From a virus (lineage: Duplodnaviria; Caudoviricetes), in IMG/VR virus record IMGVR_UViG_3300011422_000009, positions 1 through 41,554 of that record: a stretch of 41,554 nt of DNA; one strand, given 5' to 3'. Below the pieces are notes generated by a model, which searched no databases, had not been told where the DNA came from, and was given only the letters and a program-made list of their open reading frames with translations. Position 1 is the first letter of the stretch. Each line of letters begins with the position of its first letter. Shown here piece after piece: positions 6,885 through 13,311 of the stretch. Position numbers and translations under genes: made by a program.

Positions 6885-6980
6885 ATGCAGAGTCCGGCAG
6901 CACATCCTAAAAGATGTGTTTGCCGTAATGCAGGTCTCGTGGTATAATGAGTCTACGGGACAAGGTGACAACTCCTTAAG
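6885..6980 (+). ncRNA. second twister-like ribozyme (type-P5-like)
   Basis: GCA-GAG-UC-[P1 CGGC..GCCG]-UAA-UGC-AG-[P3 GUCUCGUGG/CUACGGGAC]-[P4 AAGG-UGACAACU-CCUU]. Pseudoknots UC:GA and AG:CU covary with the first copy. Confidence 0.82.
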
Positions 6981-7017
6981 AAGCATAGTCTTAGCTAGTT
7001 TCAAGAAAGGAACTAAA

Positions 7018-7338
7018 ATGTTTAATCCCAAAATCCAAAAGTTAATTAAGGATCAAATGGCTGCGGATGATCATCTTCCTGCCTACGCATGGCCTGGAGG
7101 CTATCCATTGTTTTATATGGATGAGGAGAACAATGTTCTCTGCCCCAGATGTGCCTTCAAGGATAAGGATGATGAGTATCGCATCATTACAGATTACGAG
7201 ATTAACTGGGAGGATTACAATCTTCGTTGCGATGAATGCAATGATTTCATCGAATATGCTTACGGCAGCGATGGAGATGAGGATGCAGAGCGGGAACGTC
7301 AGGTCATGTTAAATGATCAGGAGGAAGATGAGGAATGA
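7018..7338 (+). CDS. hypothetical protein with CxxC...CxxC (Zn-binding) motif
   Basis: AGAAAGGA RBS before ATG 7018. Motifs AWPGGYP, CPRC and CDEC, with an acidic tail. Confidence 0.8.
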   Translation: MFNPKIQKLIKDQMAADDHLPAYAWPGGYPLFYMDEENNVLCPRCAFKDKDDEYRIITDYEINWEDYNLRCDECNDFIEYAYGSDGDEDAERERQVMLNDQEEDEE

Positions 7339-7751
7339 GAAAAGTCATCATCCACCCGACCTACAAGCAAATGACGGATGCACAACTTAAAGAGTACATC
7401 CGCCACAAACTTGAATCCCATCCACATTGGGCAAGACGTGCCTTGCTTGCGCTATATGATGAGCAAACGGATAACGAGAAGGAAGATCCCACCGTCCACG
7501 AAAGTAACGGTTACGGATTCTCCCCACAGGATCAGGAATTTCTCACATCCCTAGCGCAGCAAGCGTTACGAGAGCAAACCTTCTCGATGAAGCAGTTGGG
7601 TTGGCTCTACACTCTTCTTCCTAAGTATTCGGGTCAGTTGGTAAAACTGATACGGCAGCAACAAACGGAAGAAGAAATCTCCATCGACTTAAAACGTGAA
7701 CAACAATGGGAACAGGAAGAAGAAGACGAGGACGTAGATGTCGAGTTCTAA
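7335..7751 (+). CDS. conserved phage hypothetical protein
   Basis: ATGA overlap with the upstream gene. The W..RAL..Y..QT..E...NG.GF...D...L.S pattern is recalled from phage proteins of unknown function. Confidence 0.8.
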   Translation: MRKVIIHPTYKQMTDAQLKEYIRHKLESHPHWARRALLALYDEQTDNEKEDPTVHESNGYGFSPQDQEFLTSLAQQALREQTFSMKQLGWLYTLLPKYSGQLVKLIRQQQTEEEISIDLKREQQWEQEEEDEDVDVEF

Positions 7752-7998
7752 AAAGGTTTTTGAAGTGCTAACAAAGTCAGACAGAGATGATAGTACAGAA
7801 ACTCTGTTCGCGGGAAGTTGGCGAGCTTGTTGCATCTATTTGCAAGCCTATATAGATGCCATTGTAGCTCTCACAGATTATAAGTATCTAACTGAAGGGG
7901 ATGCAAAAATCCCCACAGAATACGATGTAGTGTTGATGTTCCGTTCACCCCTTGTATCACAACCTGACTTCTTCCTTTGGATAGACCAGGCAGCATAG
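7738..7998 (+). CDS. hypothetical protein (paralogue of 4834-5115)
   Basis: GAGG RBS. ETLFAGSWRACCIYLQAYIDAI matches EVLFAGNRDKAIGYYEGFVDAI. Confidence 0.7.
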   Translation: MSSSKKVFEVLTKSDRDDSTETLFAGSWRACCIYLQAYIDAIVALTDYKYLTEGDAKIPTEYDVVLMFRSPLVSQPDFFLWIDQAA

Positions 7999-8001
7999 TT
8001 C

Positions 8002-8053
8002 CACATAGGTTGCATCAGGATCTGGTGCAACTTATTGTGTAGATATGCTACAC
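8002..8053 (+). promoter_or_regulatory. double-hairpin intergenic element, copy 8
   Basis: CACATAGGTTGCATCAG pairs with CTGGTGCAACTTATTGTG, then GTGTAG-atatg-CTACAC. Confidence 0.72.
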
Positions 8054-8092
8054 GATAATCTATTTAGTTGGTTTCAAGAAAGGAACTACATC

Positions 8093-9124
8093 ATGGCACA
8101 CAATCTTTTCAACGAACGCTTCTACTCCCTTCGCCAACCTGCTTGGCACGGACTAGGGAAGATCGGTGAAGAGGAACAGACGGCAACGGAGATCTTCAAT
8201 GGGATGCAACCATACATTGTGACTCTGGAACCTGTCTTCACTAAGGTTGGCAACATCAAGTTGGAGTTGCCTAATCGTGTGATCACTCGCCACCCGCTTC
8301 CTGACGACAACAATTTCCGCAGTTTTGGGATTGTTGGGCCGGAGTACACAATGGTAGATCCACTTCGCACTTGTGAAATCTGGGACGAATCTACCAAGAA
8401 GCCCGTTGAAACGCTCGGTGTTCTGGGGCAAGGTGAGAGCATCTTCATCACCACAAAGCTACCCTCTTTCCAGATCATGGGAAATGGTAGCGTAGCGGAT
8501 GATGTGGATAGCTATCTTCTGTTGCACAGTCCATACGGTGATGGCGCAATTCAAGTTCGTGTTACGCCAGTACGTGTGGTCTGCCAGAATACGTTGATTG
8601 CAGCGAAATCTGCCAGCACCGAGAGTTTCAGGATCATCCACGATAAGGACGTAGAAACACGTCTGTCTGGTTGGATGGAGGGCATTGTGCAACGTGCCGA
8701 AAAGAAGAGCGAGTATCTAGCCGAATGCTTCAATTACATGGCTTCCACTACCATCGATGATGAGCAAGCAGAAGATGCTCTCAAGCGTATCTATGTGGAT
8801 CCCCGTAAGCCTTCTTATGTTCCTGACCAGTCGGTTATGGAACGGCGAGAAAAGGCTTACGAAGCCAATCTAAAAGCGAACATCGGCTGGCGGGAGCGTG
8901 TTATGGAAGATTGGCAAGGTGAGGGCATGGGCATGGACTCAGACGTGCTGAAGGGTACGGTATGGGGTCTGTATAATGCTGTAGTGGAGATTGAAGACTA
9001 TCGTCCTACAGTTGGCCCTATCGGGGACAGTCGTCAGTGGAATACGCTTTTTGGGGATCGTAGTAAGACCAAAGAGCTGGCTTACGAGCAACTGTTCCAG
9101 TATTCCATCGAGTCGAATACCTAA
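8093..9124 (+). CDS. DUF932 / TIGR03299-type phage/plasmid protein
   Basis: Family-typical motifs MAH..., PAWHGLG, ETLGVL..G..IF, TPVRVVCQNTL and GTVWGLYNAVVE..D. AGAAAGGA RBS before ATG 8093. Confidence 0.85.
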   Translation: MAHNLFNERFYSLRQPAWHGLGKIGEEEQTATEIFNGMQPYIVTLEPVFTKVGNIKLELPNRVITRHPLPDDNNFRSFGIVGPEYTMVDPLRTCEIWDESTKKPVETLGVLGQGESIFITTKLPSFQIMGNGSVADDVDSYLLLHSPYGDGAIQVRVTPVRVVCQNTLIAAKSASTESFRIIHDKDVETRLSGWMEGIVQRAEKKSEYLAECFNYMASTTIDDEQAEDALKRIYVDPRKPSYVPDQSVMERREKAYEANLKANIGWRERVMEDWQGEGMGMDSDVLKGTVWGLYNAVVEIEDYRPTVGPIGDSRQWNTLFGDRSKTKELAYEQLFQYSIESNT

Positions 9125-9125
9125 T

Positions 9126-9383
9126 ATGCCACGCTCAGGAACCCCACCACGCAAAAGTCACTACAGTCCACTAGAAATCAAGTACAAGTATGTCTTGGCT
9201 TGGTGCGTATTCGTGGATTCTCATGACTACTTTATCAAAAAGCAACTTACGGCAGCAGAGGAATCTAATGCGCCGAAGGATGCTTATTCACAACGTCCGG
9301 ATGGTACATGGCGCACATTAGATGAGATGCCTGACCAAAAGACGGCACAAGCTCTCAAGGAATGGGCTGCTTACGTCAAATAG
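9126..9383 (+). CDS. hypothetical protein
   Basis: ATG 9126 lies immediately after the DUF932 stop. The longer track start overlaps that gene. Confidence 0.65.
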   Translation: MPRSGTPPRKSHYSPLEIKYKYVLAWCVFVDSHDYFIKKQLTAAEESNAPKDAYSQRPDGTWRTLDEMPDQKTAQALKEWAAYVK

Positions 9384-9393
9384 TTTGTAAGTT

Positions 9394-9450
9394 CAAACAG
9401 ATAGCTCTCATGAAAATGGGAGCTATTTGTTTGCACTATACAATGTGCAA
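9394..9450 (+). promoter_or_regulatory. double-hairpin intergenic element, copy 9
   Basis: CAAACAGATAGCTCTCAT-gaaa-ATGGGAGCTATTTGTTTG, then TTGCAC-tatacaat-GTGCAA. Confidence 0.7.
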
Positions 9451-9597
9451 ATTACAGCGTAGGGTATAGGCAAAACACCTGTTTTAAGGTTTTATACGCC
9501 TATAGTGTACGCTGTAAAAACACCTATACCCCATTACAGGTACTACCCCACACAAAACACCTATACAACGTTTTGCAAGGGTAGTACAGCCACCCAA
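9422..9597. other. GA/TC-free intergenic island with inverted and direct repeats
   Basis: No GA or TC for about 176 bp. Inverted repeat TTACAGCGTA..TATAGGC/GCCTATA..TACGCTGTAA at 9452-9517. AAAACACCT at 9472, 9517 and 9554. Confidence 0.8.
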
Positions 9598-9615
9598 GAA
9601 AGGTCAAGATATGAG

Positions 9616-10542
9616 ATGAAGCTCATCCGGGATCGCTGGATGCCTATGTTTCAGCTTGCTAGAGAATTGGAACCCAAAGTAGATAAACTCTACAAAGGGG
9701 ATCCAGAATACTCTAAGGCTTTCGTAAAGAAAGCAGAGCAAGGCATGAAAGCGGACTATCGTGCGGCAGAAGCCTTGATGGCAATATCTGAAACTATTGT
9801 GCTGCCATCCAGCATTATGCTGGATTTAGTTCACAATATCGACAGAATCGACACCACAGGATGGATTAAACTGCCGTATCCCTACGTTACCATTCAGTTC
9901 ACCCACCCTATTTTAGAAACTGAGATCATGCTCCATGAGGAAAAGAATGACCTCATGACCAGATTTGGTTTAGAAAATGATACGGTGGAAGGAATCATCC
10001 TTGGTAACGCAGATCAGGATCAACGTCCTTTTCCACCACAGCATGTTTTCAACATGATGAATTGCTGCATACTGTTCAACTCAACAAGTGTGAACAGAGT
10101 AGCGTGGATAGGGACGAGCAGTCCGGCAAGACCTCACTGGCAGAACAGCATGTTCCGTGAAAGTGAGATGCCATACAAATCTAGGGAAAATAAGTACAGG
10201 ATGATCAAGTTATGTTATGCGATTAACCTGTTCTTAAATGCTCCCAACGTCATCGTAGTAAAAGAGAAGCCAGATCCCCACGTTAATGCAAAGCGTGAAC
10301 GTAAGGGGAAGGCTATCCTGCCGGAATACCATACGGTGACAATTCAGAAGATACAAGTGAAATACGCAGAACCTAGCGGGAAAACGGGAACGGCCCACAC
10401 ACGTATGTATCCTGTGCGTGGTCACTTCCGTAAACTTGCACAGTTTGAAGACCCAATCTGGGTGCATAATCACTTCCGTGGACTCAAACATGGCGAAGAA
10501 AGCCTCGTCAAAGAGATCTACAGAGTTGCGCCCAAGAAGTAG
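9616..10542 (+). CDS. hypothetical protein with C-terminal VRGHxR...W...H.RG motif
   Basis: Start moved to ATG 9616, since the upstream part of the track ORF is the non-coding island. The basic C-terminal His/Arg motif is recalled from phage proteins of unknown function. Confidence 0.8.
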   Translation: MKLIRDRWMPMFQLARELEPKVDKLYKGDPEYSKAFVKKAEQGMKADYRAAEALMAISETIVLPSSIMLDLVHNIDRIDTTGWIKLPYPYVTIQFTHPILETEIMLHEEKNDLMTRFGLENDTVEGIILGNADQDQRPFPPQHVFNMMNCCILFNSTSVNRVAWIGTSSPARPHWQNSMFRESEMPYKSRENKYRMIKLCYAINLFLNAPNVIVVKEKPDPHVNAKRERKGKAILPEYHTVTIQKIQVKYAEPSGKTGTAHTRMYPVRGHFRKLAQFEDPIWVHNHFRGLKHGEESLVKEIYRVAPKK

Positions 10543-10570
10543 GTAATAGCGGATTGGTCGGTACGGAAAT

Positions 10571-10599
10571 TTGCCTTGCCGACCCATTCGTGTTACAAT
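10571..10599 (+). promoter_or_regulatory. sigma70-type promoter
   Basis: TTGCCT, 17-bp spacer, TACAAT, with extended -10 TG. Confidence 0.65.
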
Positions 10600-10650
10600 A
10601 AATCGTGTAGTTATTGCAGTCCCCACACAAACCAAGAAAGGTTTTACATC

Positions 10651-11688
10651 ATGGAAGACCAAGTTCAGCCCAGCATCGCCAGTCAAATCGAGGCCCTCGT
10701 TGCCGCTAAGAATGCGGAAGGTGAGTACGTCACCGTCCGTACCGTATCCAAGCAACTGGGAATCAAGCAAGCCGATGTACGGCCAAACCTTCCGGCAGGA
10801 GCTACGCTTCTTCCCTCCAAGAATGGGACAATCGGCGAAAGCCGTATTCAATTGTCAACTGGAGAGGAGGAAGAGTATGTAGACGCAGATACTCTGCCCT
10901 CTACTGACTCCAGCAACGAAGAGGAAGTCGTTCAGTTAATGCTACCAAGAAAGACGAGGCGTGTTAAAGTGGAAACTGAACCGAAGGTACAAGAGCTCGA
11001 TGAGCAGGGCAACCCCATTCCGGAAGCGGAAAAGGTAATCTGCACCATCTGCGGAAATCCCGTTCGCAAGAATACCATTGTGCGACGTGGGATTTGTCCT
11101 CTCTGCTTCCGTCAGCTTGCCAAGAATGTAGGCATGAATGCTACGAAGTTGGAAAGCCTTACGGATGAGGAGTTTGACATCGTAACTGGTGAAGAGCTGA
11201 GCCGTCGTCGCACGTTGGAAGAATACAAAGCAGGACGTATTCTTACCGATGAGCAGTTCAAGGCGATGGAAGGCACGATTATCCCCGTTAAGGAAGTCTT
11301 TGCTGCCGCTAAAGCTGCGGGATACGGGCCTGGTCGTGTCGCTCAAGCAATGGGTGGCGATCGCTTCCGGCACGAGCCTCTGGGTGGTTTTGACTCGGTG
11401 TGGACGCCCTACTTCGTAGGCGCACGCAAGGGATGGTACTTCAACATCGATATTCTCAATCACTTCGATGACCTTGCCAAGCCTGTGAAGAAAAAGAAAG
11501 CCAAGAGCGCAGGAACCCGTTCGGCAGGAGCAGGTCGTAAGGGAGCTCGTGGTGCAGCCATGACGCAAGTCGTGGAGAGTGATGAGGAAGCCACGCAAAT
11601 GATGGATTCCACCAATCCAGAAGAGGATGAGTTTTACGAAGAAGAGCAGGATGAGGATTACATCGACGAAGTAGAAGAGCAGGTTTAA
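10651..11688 (+). CDS. putative DNA-binding protein (HTH-like N-terminus, Zn finger, basic patch, acidic tail)
   Basis: AGAAAGG RBS before ATG 10651. Features VRTVSKQLGIKQADV, CTICG..CPLC, KKKKAK and a D/E-rich C-terminus. Confidence 0.75.
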   Translation: MEDQVQPSIASQIEALVAAKNAEGEYVTVRTVSKQLGIKQADVRPNLPAGATLLPSKNGTIGESRIQLSTGEEEEYVDADTLPSTDSSNEEEVVQLMLPRKTRRVKVETEPKVQELDEQGNPIPEAEKVICTICGNPVRKNTIVRRGICPLCFRQLAKNVGMNATKLESLTDEEFDIVTGEELSRRRTLEEYKAGRILTDEQFKAMEGTIIPVKEVFAAAKAAGYGPGRVAQAMGGDRFRHEPLGGFDSVWTPYFVGARKGWYFNIDILNHFDDLAKPVKKKKAKSAGTRSAGAGRKGARGAAMTQVVESDEEATQMMDSTNPEEDEFYEEEQDEDYIDEVEEQV

Positions 11689-11704
11689 TCTTCGCACTAA
11701 ACTG

Positions 11705-11738
11705 GAATCCCTGGAGCAATCCAGGGATTTCTTTATTT
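11705..11738 (+). terminator. intrinsic terminator
   Basis: GAATCCCTGGA-GCAA-TCCAGGGATTT followed by CTTTATTT. Confidence 0.8.
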
Positions 11739-11807
11739 GTAGGGCAAATTGCCCATCTTAACTTTCTTGACCAGAGCAAGTCGTAAAACTGCTCAGGAGA
11801 ATCTACC

Positions 11808-12032
11808 ATGAATTGCAATTTTGACATCCTGATCAACCAGCTTGAGAAGCGTGCTGCCGAGTCCCGAGCGCAGATTGGCAAAACCCGCACTAAGTTGGAA
11901 AGTCATGAGCTGAAGGGCGAAGTCTATGCCATCAACGAGGTGATCTACATGGTCAAGGAATTTGCCAAAGCACAGGAGAACAGTAATGGATCCGCAGATC
12001 AGGTGGAACCTGTGGATGCTGCTGCATCTTAG
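11808..12032 (+). CDS. hypothetical helical protein
   Basis: AGGAG RBS, 74 aa. Confidence 0.7.
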   Translation: MNCNFDILINQLEKRAAESRAQIGKTRTKLESHELKGEVYAINEVIYMVKEFAKAQENSNGSADQVEPVDAAAS

Positions 12033-12087
12033 TCTTCTAGTCGGGTTGGCCGTAATCGTTCTTTTGAAGCTATGGAGTGGATCATGA
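11986..12087 (+). CDS. possible 33-aa membrane peptide
   Basis: AGGAG RBS. MDPQIRWNLWMLLHLSLLVGLAVIVLLKLWSGS, ATGA-coupled to the next ORF. Confidence 0.5.
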   Translation: MDPQIRWNLWMLLHLSLLVGLAVIVLLKLWSGS

Positions 12088-12251
12088 ACAAAGAAGAGCA
12101 GAAGAAACTGCTAGAGGAACTGGAAAAGCGTAAAGCTGATATTCTGGCAGAGCAGATCAACGAAACTTTCGCTTACAAGAAAGGCTTGAACACAGGAGCT
12201 ATCCTTGGAATCAATGATGCCATTAAATTGATCAAGGAAGCAACTAAGTAA
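12084..12251 (+). CDS. hypothetical 55-aa protein (resembles 11808-12032)
   Basis: GGAG RBS. MNKEEQKKLLEELEKRKADILAEQ...GINDAIKLIKEATK. Confidence 0.6.
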   Translation: MNKEEQKKLLEELEKRKADILAEQINETFAYKKGLNTGAILGINDAIKLIKEATK

Positions 12252-12264
12252 AGTCCGGCCCCAC

Positions 12265-12295
12265 ATCCCCAGGAGCAATCCTGGGGATTTTTTTT
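12265..12295 (+). terminator. intrinsic terminator at the convergent junction of early and late operons
   Basis: ATCCCCAGGA-GCAA-TCCTGGGGAT followed by a T run. Confidence 0.88.
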
Positions 12296-12299
12296 GATC

Positions 12300-12497
12300 T
12301 TATCCTATTAGAATGAATCCTGGGGTACTGATAGGAAAGTCGATAAGACCTAGAAGGCTCAGAAGCCATAAGATCAGAACCAAGACCACAATCCCCAATG
12401 ATATCAGACGCCAGGGTGGGGGAAATCCACGAGAGAGATACTCGATTCCCGTCACCAATAAGATTCCGATAATGATGTAAATAATCCAGTTCCCCAT
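12300..12497 (-). CDS. small two-TM membrane protein (holin-like candidate)
   Basis: Two hydrophobic helices, last gene of the late operon. Confidence 0.65.
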   Translation of the reverse strand: MGNWIIYIIIGILLVTGIEYLSRGFPPPWRLISLGIVVLVLILWLLSLLGLIDFPISTPGFILIG

Positions 12498-12593
12498 AGC
12501 AGATTTCCCCTATCAGATCAGCAACTTCACAACTTCAGATCTTGAGATCTTGACCATTCAGACGAATCCGTAAAGCAGATTTTGATGTTGAGA

Positions 12594-12980
12594 TCACGGT
12601 GGAGGTCCTTCCTCTTCCTGAGCTTTCCCTTGCGGTGGTGCAGATGTAGGAGCCACCAAGACCTCAGGTTCTACAGGCCAGATGTTTGTGAGAAGTGGAA
12701 ACCATTTGGTCACAAAAGTTTGGATTGCGCCAGCGGCAGAAGCTGGATTCTCAGCCCAGGGATCAAACTTCACCGTCCAATCATAATCTGCTATGATGGT
12801 CTGAGGAAAGAAGAAAGTCTCTGGCTGCTTGATGACACGAGACATCAGTTCCTTATTAGGATCTTCTGCCGTAAGGCTTTCTGCCGCATCCAATCCTTGC
12901 TTCTTTACTTCCGCATCTACTTGATTGCGAAATTCTTCTGAGTTGGAAAAGGCTTTCTGTTGCAAACTATTGATGGGCAT
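12594..12980 (-). CDS. hypothetical protein
   Basis: 128 aa, TAATG-coupled to the upstream gene. Confidence 0.7.
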   Translation of the reverse strand: MPINSLQQKAFSNSEEFRNQVDAEVKKQGLDAAESLTAEDPNKELMSRVIKQPETFFFPQTIIADYDWTVKFDPWAENPASAAGAIQTFVTKWFPLLTNIWPVEPEVLVAPTSAPPQGKAQEEEGPPP

Positions 12981-13291
12981 TAGTTCCCCCCGATACCAAT
13001 AGAGCGTGCCGTAGCCGGATCAGCTTCATGGATAAGACCGTTGAGCATCATGAGCGCACCCGTAGTACGTTGGATTTGCTCTTCTACTTGCTTGAGCCTT
13101 TCCTGGATAGCCTCACGGTCAGCCTTGATGCCATTAAGATCAGATAGTAGTTCTTTACGCTTTTCCACGAACGCATCAATATCCATAGTTGCTGTCTTCT
13201 GTGCCGTACTTGCTGTTTGTTCCACGATCATATCCCCTGCGTTCCTCTCCGAGTGATTCTGATTGTTGCGGATTGTGGCTTCAGCTTCCAT
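12980..13291 (-). CDS. hypothetical coiled-coil protein (possible fibre chaperone)
   Basis: AAGGAG RBS, heptad pattern, directly downstream of the fibre gene. Confidence 0.7.
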   Translation of the reverse strand: MEAEATIRNNQNHSERNAGDMIVEQTASTAQKTATMDIDAFVEKRKELLSDLNGIKADREAIQERLKQVEEQIQRTTGALMMLNGLIHEADPATARSIGIGGN

Positions 13292-13311
13292 TGTAATTCT
13301 CCTTGCGATAG

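Noticed and set aside
1144-9450. Double-hairpin elements as intrinsic terminators or integron attC sites
   Set aside because: They lack the U-tracts seen in the real terminators at 11705 and 12265. They show no consistent RYYYAAC/GTTRRRY ends, and no integrase is in the window.
9505-9615. N-terminal extension of the 345-aa track ORF
   Set aside because: It lies in the GA/TC-free repeat island upstream of the AGAAAGG RBS. The start at 9616 is more plausible.
12300-13291. Complete lysis cassette
   Set aside because: Only a small two-TM protein is visible and no endolysin motif was recognised, so holin remains a candidate only.
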